Source: Alphaproteobacteria bacterium (GTDB lineage Bacteria > Pseudomonadota > Alphaproteobacteria > CALKHQ01). From it: DNA of 64,000 bases. The DNA lies in contig CBDDFZ010000001.1 of NCBI GenBank assembly GCA_965227515.1, positions 2,496,001 to 2,560,000 on the forward strand. Reading direction: 5' to 3'. Numbering within the stretch: position 1 is the stretch's first letter; every line of letters starts with the position of its first letter. Under the pieces are notes generated by a model that was not told where the DNA came from, did not search any database, and saw only the letters and a list, made by a program, of their open reading frames with translations. Below, one piece after another: positions 43,959 through 54,684 of this stretch. A program made the translations under genes and the position numbers.

Positions 43959-45563
43959 ATGAGTGAGGACGTGGAGGCAGGTTCGAACACGACGGTGTAC
44001 GCCAAACAGGAAGCGGACCAGGGCGTGGGGCAAGGCGGCGACAGGCGCCGCTCGCCGCCACGCTTCGGCGGCTGGAAGCGGGTGGCCGCGGTGGTGGCGC
44101 TGGTGGCGCTGGCCGACCTGCTGTTCTTCGCCGCTGCGGGGGTCGGGCTGTCGGCCGCGGTGTTTCTGCTGGCGCTCGTGACCGGTACGGCGGCGCTCAA
44201 TCGAGGCCAACTCGGTGAGCGCACCACCTGGGGGGCGATGGTGCTGCTGGCGGTAGCACTTGTGCCGGTGATCTATGGCGGTTCGGTCAGCGCCATCGTC
44301 ATCGCTGGGTTTGCGGCGGCGCACCTCGCGCTATGCCTCGCCCGGGTCGCCACGGGCGATGCGGTGCGGGACGCGCTGCGCGCGATCGGGCTGGCGTTTG
44401 CCGGGCCGGTGATGCCGCTCATCCATATGATCCGGCTGCATGTGGCACGAGCGCGCGGCGGTTGGCTGCGCGGCGGCCGGTTTGGCCGGCTGTCGCTTGC
44501 CGCCTGGCTGGTGCCGCTGGTGCTCGGCACGCTCTTTGTGCTGCTGTTCCGCGAGGCCAACCCGATGATCGAGGCGTGGCTGGCCGACCTCAGCCCCGGC
44601 TCGCTGCTGCGCGAGATAGACTTTGGCCGGGTGTTGCTTTGGGGCTTCTGCGGCATGGTTGCGTGGCCGTTCGTGCATGCGCGCCTGTTTCGGGGTCGCG
44701 CGGCGTGGCGGGCCGGCAAGGTGCGGGGCGCCATCTTCGGCGCGATGGCGATGCGGCCGACGGGTGCGGCGCTGCAACTGGAAACCAGCATGTTCGGGCC
44801 GAGCGTCATCCTGCGCTCGCTGGTGCTGTTCAATCTGCTGTTCGGCGTGCAGACGGTGCTGGACCTCGCCTATCTGTGGGGCGGTGCCGCGCTGCCCGAC
44901 GGCATGAGCTATGCGGAATATGCCCATCGCGGCGCCTATCCGCTGATCCTCACCGCGCTGCTCGCCGCCGCCTACGTCGTTGTCGCCATGCGGCCGGGCA
45001 GCGCCAGCGCGCAATCTCCTGCAATCCGCATCGCGGTCTATCTGTGGGTGGCGCAGAACGTGCTGCTTGCGGTCTCGTCGATCCTGCGGCTGGAACTCTA
45101 TGTCGAGGCCTATGCGCTGACCTACCTGCGGGTGGCGGCGTTCGTGTGGATGGGCCTGGTCGCGGCGGGGCTGGTGCTGATCGTTGCGCGGATCGTGTTC
45201 GACCTCTCCACCGGTTGGCTGGTCGGTGCCAATCTGGCAGCCCTGGTGCTGACGCTCTACGTCTGCGGCTTCGTCAACTTCCCCAGTGTCATCGCCAACT
45301 ACAATGTCGACCACAGCCGCGAAGTGTCGGGCGAGGGGCGCCCGTTGGACCTCGGCTACCTGGAGTCCCTCGGGCCGGAGGCGCTGCCGGCACTCGAGCG
45401 GTTCGACGCCGCCACGTCCATTGCCACCGTGTCCGACGGCCGGCAGTCGCGCATCACCGGGGTGCGGATTCGGCTGGTCACGGAATTGGAGGACAGCCTG
45501 GATGACTGGCGCGCTTGGACCGTGCGGCTATTTCTCACCCAAGCCTATGTGGAGGTGCATTAG
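43959..45563 (+). CDS. DUF4153/DUF4173-like multi-pass membrane protein
   Basis: LFREANP, LPDGMSYAEYAHRGAYPL, RLELYVEAYALTYLRV, IANYNV, LDLGYLESLG. Confidence 0.85.
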   Translation: MSEDVEAGSNTTVYAKQEADQGVGQGGDRRRSPPRFGGWKRVAAVVALVALADLLFFAAAGVGLSAAVFLLALVTGTAALNRGQLGERTTWGAMVLLAVALVPVIYGGSVSAIVIAGFAAAHLALCLARVATGDAVRDALRAIGLAFAGPVMPLIHMIRLHVARARGGWLRGGRFGRLSLAAWLVPLVLGTLFVLLFREANPMIEAWLADLSPGSLLREIDFGRVLLWGFCGMVAWPFVHARLFRGRAAWRAGKVRGAIFGAMAMRPTGAALQLETSMFGPSVILRSLVLFNLLFGVQTVLDLAYLWGGAALPDGMSYAEYAHRGAYPLILTALLAAAYVVVAMRPGSASAQSPAIRIAVYLWVAQNVLLAVSSILRLELYVEAYALTYLRVAAFVWMGLVAAGLVLIVARIVFDLSTGWLVGANLAALVLTLYVCGFVNFPSVIANYNVDHSREVSGEGRPLDLGYLESLGPEALPALERFDAATSIATVSDGRQSRITGVRIRLVTELEDSLDDWRAWTVRLFLTQAYVEVH

Positions 45564-45594
45564 GGGCGACGGCGGCATCGCACCCACGTTGACG

Positions 45595-45678
45595 GTAGCC
45601 CGGATGAAACGTAGTGAAATCCGGGGACATACCTTCGGCTCAAGATCCCCGGATTGCGCTGCGCTCCATCCGGGCTAC
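45595..45678. repeat. GTAG-type REP doublet
   Basis: gtagcccggatgaaacgtagtgaaatccgggg ... ccccggattgcgctgcgctccatccgggctac. Confidence 0.85.
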
Positions 45679-45698
45679 GTGTCTGGGCGTCCGATCTG

Positions 45699-46037
45699 TC
45701 AGACGTGAAAACTCTCGCCGCAGCCGCACATGCCCTTGGCATTGGGGTTGGTGAACGAGAATCCGGACTGGAAGGCGTCGGTCTTGTAGTCCATCTCGGT
45801 GCCGAGCAGGAACATCACCGCCTTCGGGTCGATGATGATCTTCACGCCGTGGCTCTCCACCACCTCGTCGTGGGGACCGATCTCCTGCGCGAAGTCCATG
45901 GTGTAGCTGAGGCCCGAGCAGCCCTGGGCCTTGACGCCAATGCGCACGCCCAGTGCCTCGCCGTCATGGCCGTCCAGCATCTCCTGAACGCGCGCGGCGG
46001 CGGCGTCGGTCACCTTGATGGCTGCGGGTCGTTGCAT
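45699..46037 (-). CDS. A-type Fe-S carrier (IscA/SufA/HesB)
   Basis: IKVTDAA, GCSGLSY, FTNPNAKGMCGCGESF. Confidence 0.95.
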   Translation of the reverse strand: MQRPAAIKVTDAAAARVQEMLDGHDGEALGVRIGVKAQGCSGLSYTMDFAQEIGPHDEVVESHGVKIIIDPKAVMFLLGTEMDYKTDAFQSGFSFTNPNAKGMCGCGESFHV

Positions 46038-46087
46038 GGATGAGGTTCCGTGGTCCTGAAAGCTTGAGGGCTGGTGCTCAGATAGTG

Positions 46088-46504
46088 TCAGAAGAAGCCG
46101 AGTTCCAGCTTGGCGGCCTCGCTCATCATGTCCGGGGTCCATGGCGGGTCCCAGGTGATCTCAACGTCGACGCCGGTGACGCCGGGCACCTGGCGCACCG
46201 CGGTCTCCACCATGGCCGGCATTTCCTCGGCCACCGGGCAGCCCGGCGAAGTCAGCGTCATGGTCACGTCGATCTGGCCGTCGTCGCCGACGCTGACGTC
46301 GTAGATCAGGCCAAGCTCGTAGATATCGACCGGGATTTCCGGGTCGTAGACGGTCGACAGCGCCTGCACGACGGCGCTTTCGGTCGGCTTGCCGCCGGCC
46401 TGGCTGGCAGCCTGCCCCCCAGCCGGGCCAACCGACCCGTTCTCGGCCGGCGCATCGCCGCCGTCTTCCGGTGTCCAGGCCAGATAGTCCCTGTCCGCAC
46501 CCAC
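46088..46504 (-). CDS. sufT: SUF system Fe-S assembly protein (DUF59, SufT-like)
   Basis: VYDPEIPVDIYELGLIY, MTLTSPGCPVA, WDPPWTPDMMSE. Confidence 0.9.
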   Translation of the reverse strand: MGADRDYLAWTPEDGGDAPAENGSVGPAGGQAASQAGGKPTESAVVQALSTVYDPEIPVDIYELGLIYDVSVGDDGQIDVTMTLTSPGCPVAEEMPAMVETAVRQVPGVTGVDVEITWDPPWTPDMMSEAAKLELGFF

Positions 46505-46520
46505 GTTGAACGTCCCCTTG

Positions 46521-46946
46521 CTAGGCCGCTGCGGAGGCGCCGCGCGCGCCGCCCAGCTTCTGCATATGTTTCAGCATCGCCATCATGCCGACCTGGCGCT
46601 GCGTGGTCAGCGCGCCCAGGTTGAGCCGGCGCACGTCGTCCAGGCTCACCTCGCGCAGCTCGTCGGTGGTCAGCCCGCTGAACGAGTCGGTCATCATCGC
46701 CACCAGCCCCTCCACGATCACGGCGTCGCTGTGACCCTTGAAGTAGTGCCGTCCGTCGCGTTCGTCATGCACGATCCAGACTTTCGACATGCAGCCGTGC
46801 ATCAGGTTCTCGTCCACCTGTGCGTCGGAGGGGAATTCCGGGCGGTCGGGCGCCTTGGCCAGGTCGATGATATATTCGAAGCGCATGTCGTCATCCAGCG
46901 CGTCCATCGCCGCGACATGCTCCTGATATTTCTCGGTTTCGGGCAT
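46521..46946 (-). CDS. sufE: SufE family sulfur acceptor
   Basis: RFEYIIDLAK, MHGCMSKVW, SDAVIVEGL, LTTQRQVG. Confidence 0.9.
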   Translation of the reverse strand: MPETEKYQEHVAAMDALDDDMRFEYIIDLAKAPDRPEFPSDAQVDENLMHGCMSKVWIVHDERDGRHYFKGHSDAVIVEGLVAMMTDSFSGLTTDELREVSLDDVRRLNLGALTTQRQVGMMAMLKHMQKLGGARGASAAA

Positions 46947-46954
46947 GGTCCCTA

Positions 46955-48211
46955 TCAGCTCAGCCGGGTGATCGCCTTGCGGATGGAGGCCGCCAGCGCC
47001 TCCACCTCGTCCAGCGTGTTGTAGAGCCCGAACGACGCGCGCACGGTGGAATCGAGCCCGAAGCGCGCCATCAGCGGCTCGGCGCAATGGTGGCCGACCC
47101 GCACCGCCACGCCGTCGCGGTCCATCAGGGCGGCGAGATCGAGCGAATGCACGCCCTCGACCACGAACGACACGATGGCCGCCTTGTCGGGCCGGGTGCC
47201 CAGGATGCGCAGGCTGTTGATGTCACCAAGCGCGCCCATGGCGGCCTCGCGCAACGAGGCCTCGTGCGCGGCGATGGCCGGGAAGCCGATGGCCTCGACA
47301 TAGTCGATGGCGGCGGCCAGCCCCACAGCCTCGATGATCGCCGGGGTGCCGGCCTCGAAGCGGTGCGGCGGCTCCTTGAAGGTCGAACCGGCGAACGACA
47401 CCTTGTCGATCATCTCGCCGCCGCCCTGGTAGGGCGGCATCGCGTCCAGCAGCGCGCGCTTGCCGTAGAGCACGCCGATACCGGTCGGGCCGTAGAGCTT
47501 GTGGCCGGTAAAGGCATAGAAGTCGACGTCCAGCGCGCGCACGTCGACCTTGCCGTGCGCCACCGCCTGGGCGCCGTCCAGCAGCACCGGCACACCCTTG
47601 GCATGGGCGAGTGCTGCGACCTCGGCCACCAGGTTGACCGTGCCGAGCACGTTGGAGACGTGGGCCACCGCCACCAGCTTGGTGCGCGGCCCAATGAGCG
47701 CGTCCAGGGCATCGAGGTCGAGCGCGCCGTCGTCCAGCACCGGGCAGGGGCGCACCACGGCGCCTTTCTCGGCGGCCACCAGTTGCCACGGCACGATGTT
47801 GGCGTGGTGCTCCATCTCGGAGACCACGATCTCGTCGCCGGGTGCCAGGTTCGGGTGCAGGAAGCTCGCCGCCACCAGGTTGATTGCCTCGGTCGCGTTG
47901 CGGGTGAACACGATCTCGGTGTCGTCGGGCGTGCCCAGGAAGCGCGCCACGGTCTCGCGCGCTGCCTCGAACCGGTCGGTGGCGCGCTGGCTCATGGCGT
48001 GGATGCCGCGATGCACGTTGGCGTAGGCGGTCTCGGTCATCTCGACCATCGCCTGCATCACTTGGCGCGGCTTCTGGGCGGAGGCGCCACTATCCAGGAA
48101 AACCAATGGCTTGCCATAGACTTCCTGAGACAGAATCGGGAAGTCCTGGCGAATGCGCGCGACATCGAACCCGGCGACCCCGGAGGCCTGGGGCTTGGTC
48201 ATCGCTGTCAT
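46955..48211 (-). CDS. sufS: Cysteine desulfurase SufS
   Basis: FLDSGASAQKP, ANVHRG, EHHANIVPW, FTGHKLYGPTG, RVGHHCA. Confidence 0.96.
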   Translation of the reverse strand: MTAMTKPQASGVAGFDVARIRQDFPILSQEVYGKPLVFLDSGASAQKPRQVMQAMVEMTETAYANVHRGIHAMSQRATDRFEAARETVARFLGTPDDTEIVFTRNATEAINLVAASFLHPNLAPGDEIVVSEMEHHANIVPWQLVAAEKGAVVRPCPVLDDGALDLDALDALIGPRTKLVAVAHVSNVLGTVNLVAEVAALAHAKGVPVLLDGAQAVAHGKVDVRALDVDFYAFTGHKLYGPTGIGVLYGKRALLDAMPPYQGGGEMIDKVSFAGSTFKEPPHRFEAGTPAIIEAVGLAAAIDYVEAIGFPAIAAHEASLREAAMGALGDINSLRILGTRPDKAAIVSFVVEGVHSLDLAALMDRDGVAVRVGHHCAEPLMARFGLDSTVRASFGLYNTLDEVEALAASIRKAITRLS

Positions 48212-49521
48212 GAGCCGGCGTCCAATTTGGCGATCCAGTCGGCGGCCACCGCCGTGAAATGGTCGCGGGTCGGTGTGTGCCCGATGCCGTCCAGCGCCTC
48301 GGCGACGAAGCCCTCCAGCAGCAGCCGGCGCGCCTCGGCGAGTGGGATGCCACGGGCGCGCAGGTAGAACAGGGCGTCGGCGTCGAGCTGGCCGGTGGCG
48401 GCCCCATGGGCGCACTGGACGTCGTCGGCGTGGATGCGCAGCTCAGGCTTGGTGTCGACCTCGGCGCGGTCCGACAGCAGCAACGCGCGGCTATGCTGGC
48501 GCGCGTCGGCGTATTGCGCGTCGGGGGCGACATGAATAGTGCCCTGGAACACGCCACGGGCGCGGCCGTCGAACACGCCGTTATAGGTCTGGCGGCTGGT
48601 GCCGTTCTCGGCCTCGTGGTCGATCAGGTTGGTGGTGTCGAGAACCTGGTTGCCGCGACCCAGCGCGACGCTGGCGATGCCGGCGTGGGCGTGCTTGCCC
48701 TGCTGGGTGATCGCGGTCTCGCCGCGCGCTACCGCAGCACCGGTTGCCAGCACGGTGGCGCGATAGTCCGCGCCACGCTGTTGCCGAACGATGTCGGTCG
48801 CTACGGCGCGGGCCGCATCGCCAAATGCCTGGCAACGGTTCAGATGAAGTGTTGCATCAGTATCGAGAGAGAAAATATTGGTATCATTAGAAAAACAACC
48901 GTCGTCTCGGCTGGAAACCTGGCGCTCGATCAGGCTCAGCCGGGCGTTGGCGCCCAGGCGCACAAGCGCCAACCCGTGGTGCTCGACCGTACCGTCGCCG
49001 ACGTGCAAGATCTCCAACGGTGCCTCGATCTGGGCATTGGCAACGGCGTCGATGACCAGGCCGTCGGCGGCAAGGGCCACGGCAAGGGCCGCCAGCGGGC
49101 GGTCCTCGATCGAGGACCAGGCGTCGTCCAGCAGCGCGCGCACCAAGTCAGGTGCGCGCGTCAAGGCATCGCGCAACCCGGCGACCCGGATACCATCGGG
49201 CAGATCGCCGAGGTCCGAAGCATCGCTGTCCAGCCGGCCGTTGACCAGCACCGCGCGGCCGCAGGTGTCGCCGAGCCGATCCGGCAATTGGCCCGATGCG
49301 ACCGCCTCATCCGCCGGCAGCGTGAGGCCGCTCAGATCGCCGAGGTCGGTGTACTTCCACGCCTCGGTGCGGCGGGTCGGCATGCCATGACGGGCGAACG
49401 CCTCCATCGCCTTCGCGCGACGTTCCACCAGCCAGGGCAGGTCTGTGCCCGGCAGCCGGTCGCGGTAGTCGGCCAGCAGCCGCCCGCGCTCGCTCGCCAA
49501 AGTGTCGGAAGTGGCCGTCAT
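48208..49521 (-). CDS. sufD: Fe-S assembly protein SufD
   Basis: PTRRTEAWKYT, GVFQGTIHV, DTKPELRIHADDVQCAHGA, LFYLRARGI. Confidence 0.95.
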   Translation of the reverse strand: MTATSDTLASERGRLLADYRDRLPGTDLPWLVERRAKAMEAFARHGMPTRRTEAWKYTDLGDLSGLTLPADEAVASGQLPDRLGDTCGRAVLVNGRLDSDASDLGDLPDGIRVAGLRDALTRAPDLVRALLDDAWSSIEDRPLAALAVALAADGLVIDAVANAQIEAPLEILHVGDGTVEHHGLALVRLGANARLSLIERQVSSRDDGCFSNDTNIFSLDTDATLHLNRCQAFGDAARAVATDIVRQQRGADYRATVLATGAAVARGETAITQQGKHAHAGIASVALGRGNQVLDTTNLIDHEAENGTSRQTYNGVFDGRARGVFQGTIHVAPDAQYADARQHSRALLLSDRAEVDTKPELRIHADDVQCAHGAATGQLDADALFYLRARGIPLAEARRLLLEGFVAEALDGIGHTPTRDHFTAVAADWIAKLDAGS

Positions 49522-49524
49522 CGC

Positions 49525-50271
49525 TCAGGCCGCCGCGCCCAGGTCGCCATAGCCCTTGACCTCAAGCTCCAGCGCCAGCGACTTGTCGCCGGAGCGTACG
49601 ATCTTGCCGCCGGACATGACGTGCACCCGGTCGGGCACGATGTAGTCGAGCAGGCGCTGATAGTGGGTGATCAGCAGCATGGCGCGGTCGGGCGCGCGGA
49701 GCGCATTCACCCCCTCCGCCACCGTGCGCAGGGCATCGATGTCGAGCCCGCTGTCGGTCTCGTCCAGGATCGCGACCTTCGGCTCCAGCAGCGCCATTTG
49801 CAGGATTTCGTGGCGCTTCTTCTCGCCGCCGGAAAAGCCCGCGTTGACCGCGCGCTTCAGCATGTCCTCGCTGATGTCCAGGGTCTTCGCCAACCCGCGC
49901 ACCAGCTTCAGGAATTCGACCGCGTTCAGTTCCGGCTCGCCACGCTGGCGCCGCACCGCGTTGGCGGCGGTGCGCAGGAACGTCATCGTGGTCACGCCCG
50001 GGATCTCCACCGGGTACTGGAAGGCGAGGAACACGCCCTTGCCGGCGCGCTCGTCCGGCGCCAGGTCGAGCAGGTCCTCGCCGTTCATGGTCACCGAGCC
50101 GCCGGTGACCTCATAGCCCTCGCGGCCCGCGATCACGTAGGACAGCGTGCTCTTGCCGGAGCCGTTGGGGCCCATGATCGCGTGCACTTCGCCCGCGGGG
50201 ATCGAGAGGGTGAGCCCCCTCAGGATCTCCTTGCCGTCAACAGTGGCGTGCAAGTCTTTGATTTCAAGCAT
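49525..50271 (-). CDS. sufC: Fe-S assembly ATPase SufC
   Basis: MLEIKDLH, GPNGSGKST, FSGGEKKR, LDETDSGLDID, ITHYQRLL. Confidence 0.97.
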   Translation of the reverse strand: MLEIKDLHATVDGKEILRGLTLSIPAGEVHAIMGPNGSGKSTLSYVIAGREGYEVTGGSVTMNGEDLLDLAPDERAGKGVFLAFQYPVEIPGVTTMTFLRTAANAVRRQRGEPELNAVEFLKLVRGLAKTLDISEDMLKRAVNAGFSGGEKKRHEILQMALLEPKVAILDETDSGLDIDALRTVAEGVNALRAPDRAMLLITHYQRLLDYIVPDRVHVMSGGKIVRSGDKSLALELEVKGYGDLGAAA

Positions 50272-50321
50272 TATTTTCGCTCGCTCCTGAGCATCGTGTC
50301 GTTGGAATTCACGTCGTCCAC

Positions 50322-50797
50322 CTACCAGCGCGACCGGCGCCGGCCTGGCGTCGCATCGGATTGGCGGTCGGCCGACCTGGTGTCGTTGTCCGTGTGGGCG
50401 TCGTTGTCCGTGTGGGCGTCGTTGTCCGTGTGGGCGTCGTTGTCCGTGTGGGCGCCCGGTTTGCTGAAGTCGCCGTGCCTTTCCAGCATCACGAGGTACC
50501 AGATCGACATGCCGAACAGCACGCCGATCCCGCACAACACCCACACCATCTGGTCGGTGATGAGGCTCGCGATAAGCCCGGCGAACGCACAGGTCAGCGA
50601 CACCGCGAGATAGGTCGCATGGACGCGCTTGCCCTCCGGTGTCACCGCCTGCATGTTCCGGTAGCGAGGAAACGCCCCGCCGACCGAGGGGCTGTTCATG
50701 ATGCTCCGAAAGACGCTCGGCTCCAGGCGGGCGAACCAGATCTCCCGCTTGTCCTCGCCGGCGTACCGCCCGGGTTCGTCCATCGTGCCCTCCGCGA

Positions 50798-50801
<4 letters not shown>
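50322..50801 (-). CDS. Hypothetical two-TM protein inserted between sufB and sufC
   Basis: ATG overlaps the sufB stop (alternative start 50783); two hydrophobic helices; (AHTDND)x4 tail. Confidence 0.65.
50383..50454. repeat. 18-bp tandem repeat x4 encoding AHTDND
   Basis: tcgttgtccgtgtgggcg repeated four times. Confidence 0.9.
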
Positions 50802-52296
<1,495 letters not shown>

Positions 52297-52300
<4 letters not shown>

Positions 52301-52755
52301 CGGGATACCCCACTGAAACGCAGGGATTTTTCGGCGCCGAGGGTAAACGGCTGCCGCGCCGACAGGTCGGACAGCGGTATCGCCTCCAGCGCGTTGCGGA
52401 TCGCCTCGTTCACCGGGTCCCAGCGGCCGCGGATCGGGCAGACCGCCTCGACCGTGCACTCGCCGGCGACCCCGTCGACGCAGGCGGTCAGCGCGACCGG
52501 GCCGTCGACCGCCGTGATCACGTCGCTCAGCCGGATGTCGGCGGCGGCCTGGTCGGTGACATAGCCGCCGGCAACGCCGCGCTCCGACCGGGCCAATCCA
52601 TGGCGGGTCAGGGTCTGCAGCAGTTTGGCGACCGTCGGTGCCGGCACGCCGGTGCTGCCGGCGATCTCCGGCGCGGTCATGATGGTGCCGGGCTCGTCGC
52701 TCAGCCGGGACATCACGACGACGGCGTAGTCGGTCATCTTGCTCAAGCGCAGCAT
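52297..52755 (-). CDS. Rrf2 family SUF system regulator
   Basis: [33 protein letters not shown]; first gene of the suf operon. Confidence 0.93.
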
Positions 52756-52790
52756 GTGGCGGGTGGACCCCTCCGACCTGTTCAGTCAAT

Positions 52791-52809
52791 CAGGACCAAA
52801 TTCATCCTG
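52791..52809. promoter_or_regulatory. Putative Rrf2 operator
   Basis: Inverted repeat CAGGA-N9-TCCTG, 35 bp upstream of the Rrf2 start. Confidence 0.5.
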
Positions 52810-52907
52810 TATGGATCATGTAGGCCGAACCGCAGGGGCAGGCAAGCGGTCTGCCGGGTTGCGGCGAAGACAGATTGTCTCACGCATTGTCGCGCATACG
52901 CACATTC

Positions 52908-53101
52908 GTCGCCCTCGCCCTCCGTGGCGAGGGCCCATGTCGGCAACTGCGCGGTCTCCGTCCAGGGTGGCTCCAAAGACGAACCGGTCCACTTACAGCC
53001 AGATTTGCCGCCCCGAACCCCAGCGAACTCGTAACCTATTGGCGTATTGGACAAGAATGGATCCTCGCCACCCCAACACTTTGATTGGCGGCGAGGATGA
53101 C
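52908..53101. repeat. REP-like element, family B
   Basis: gtcgccctcgccctccgtggcgagggcccat ... atggatcctcgccac[insert]ggcgaggatgac. Confidence 0.82.
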
Positions 53102-53143
53102 GATTGGGGGGTGGATGGGGCACAGCAAGCTGGTTCAGAGCAA

Positions 53144-53917
53144 CTACCTTGGCCGCACTTGGAAGATCATCCGGTTCATGGAGAAGAAGAAGGCGCGGTC
53201 GCGTTCGAGTTCGGCGAACTCGGCCTGCCAGGCGTCGGCCTCGGCCTGGTCGATGGCGCCGTCCTCCACCGCGAACCGGGCCATGACCTTGGAGATGCCG
53301 TAAACGAACGTGTTTTGGTGATACCGCAGGCTGACGAAGGGGTGGGCCTCGCAGCGGTCGATCACGAAGCCGGCCGCGTGCAGCGCGCCCGGCAATTGCC
53401 GCACGATATCCGGCCAGACGCAGTGTCCGTCATAGGCTTTCACGACCCGGGCCATGCGCTCTGGATGGCGGCTGTGGAACACGATCGAGGACATATCGGT
53501 GTCCAGGATCACGGCCCGGCCATCGGGGCGCAGCACCCGGCGGACTTCCTGAAGAGCGGCCGCCAAGTCCTTGATATAGGCGAATACCTGCATCGAGGCG
53601 AGGGCGTCGAAGGTGCCGTCCTCGAACGGCAGTTCCGTGGCATTGGCGTGGTGGAGCGATACGTTGTCGTGCTCGGCGAGGCGAACGCGGGCGCGCTCCA
53701 GCATCGGCTCGCTGAGGTCGATGCCGGCCGCAAGGCCGTCGCTGCCGACCGCGCGCGCGAACTCATGGACCAGGAAGCCCGGGCCGCAGCCCAGGTCCAT
53801 CACCCGGTCGCCGGGGCCGGGGTTGACGGCGGCGAAGACGGCGGCACGGGTGGCCGCCACCTCCGGCGCCGCATACAGCCGCTCAAGCCGGCGGGCGCGT
53901 TCTGCGTCGAACTCCAT
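53144..53917 (-). CDS. UbiE-like class I SAM methyltransferase
   Basis: VMDLGCGPG, GIDLSEPML, LPFEDGTFD, RVLRPDG. Confidence 0.9.
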   Translation of the reverse strand: MEFDAERARRLERLYAAPEVAATRAAVFAAVNPGPGDRVMDLGCGPGFLVHEFARAVGSDGLAAGIDLSEPMLERARVRLAEHDNVSLHHANATELPFEDGTFDALASMQVFAYIKDLAAALQEVRRVLRPDGRAVILDTDMSSIVFHSRHPERMARVVKAYDGHCVWPDIVRQLPGALHAAGFVIDRCEAHPFVSLRYHQNTFVYGISKVMARFAVEDGAIDQAEADAWQAEFAELERDRAFFFSMNRMIFQVRPR

Positions 53918-53988
53918 GGGGAAGCGCCGGATGCCGGGGGTTCAGCCCGGCATGTCGGCGCCCGCCTCGGGAGGCTACTGTCAGCAGG

Positions 53989-54615
53989 CTACTGGTTGCT
54001 GTCCGGCTCTTCCTCGTCGTTGCTGTTGTCCATCTGGAGCTGGGTGGCAATGCCGAGCAGGAACGCATCCAGATGATCGGCGACCAGCACTGCCGCGATC
54101 TCGTCGATCGACGGCATCTCGCCCTGCGGACCCTGTTCGCCCTGGGCGCCCGGCTCACCCTGCGGCCCTGGCTCGCCCGCGGGGCCGGCGGGGCCTTCCG
54201 GACCGGCGGGACCGGCCGGACCCTCCGGACCGCGTAGCGCGTCGGCGTGGTTTTCCATCAGGAACGCCGCGACCTCTTCCACCAGAGGCGACGCACCGTC
54301 CGCGCCAGCGGGGCCCTCGGCGCCGTCGGCACCGGCCGGCCCGCGCAGGTCGTCAGCGTGGTTCTCCAGCAGGAACGCCGCGATCTCCTCGACCGAGGGT
54401 GCTTCGCCGGCCGGGCCAGCGGGGCCCTCGGGGCCTGCCGGTCCCTCGGGTCCGGCGGGGCCTTCGGCGGCCTCTAGCGTGGCGATCTGCTCTTCGAGAG
54501 CGGTGATCCGGTTGGTCAACTCCTCGTCGCCCGGACCGGTTGCCTCAACCAGAGCCCAGATTGACAAAACCAGCGCAATGAGCCCTGCGGCAATGCCGAC
54601 TGCACTCCAATTCAT
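53989..54615 (-). CDS. Membrane-anchored collagen-like protein
   Basis: RBS aggagg, N-terminal TM helix, Gly-X-Y runs (GPA GPE) separated by a repeated helical module. Confidence 0.85.
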   Translation of the reverse strand: MNWSAVGIAAGLIALVLSIWALVEATGPGDEELTNRITALEEQIATLEAAEGPAGPEGPAGPEGPAGPAGEAPSVEEIAAFLLENHADDLRGPAGADGAEGPAGADGASPLVEEVAAFLMENHADALRGPEGPAGPAGPEGPAGPAGEPGPQGEPGAQGEQGPQGEMPSIDEIAAVLVADHLDAFLLGIATQLQMDNSNDEEEPDSNQ

Positions 54616-54684
54616 CGCCATCCTCCTGCGGATATGAAATTGCGTCACGTTCCCATACAGTGATCATGACCCTGTGCCAACAAC

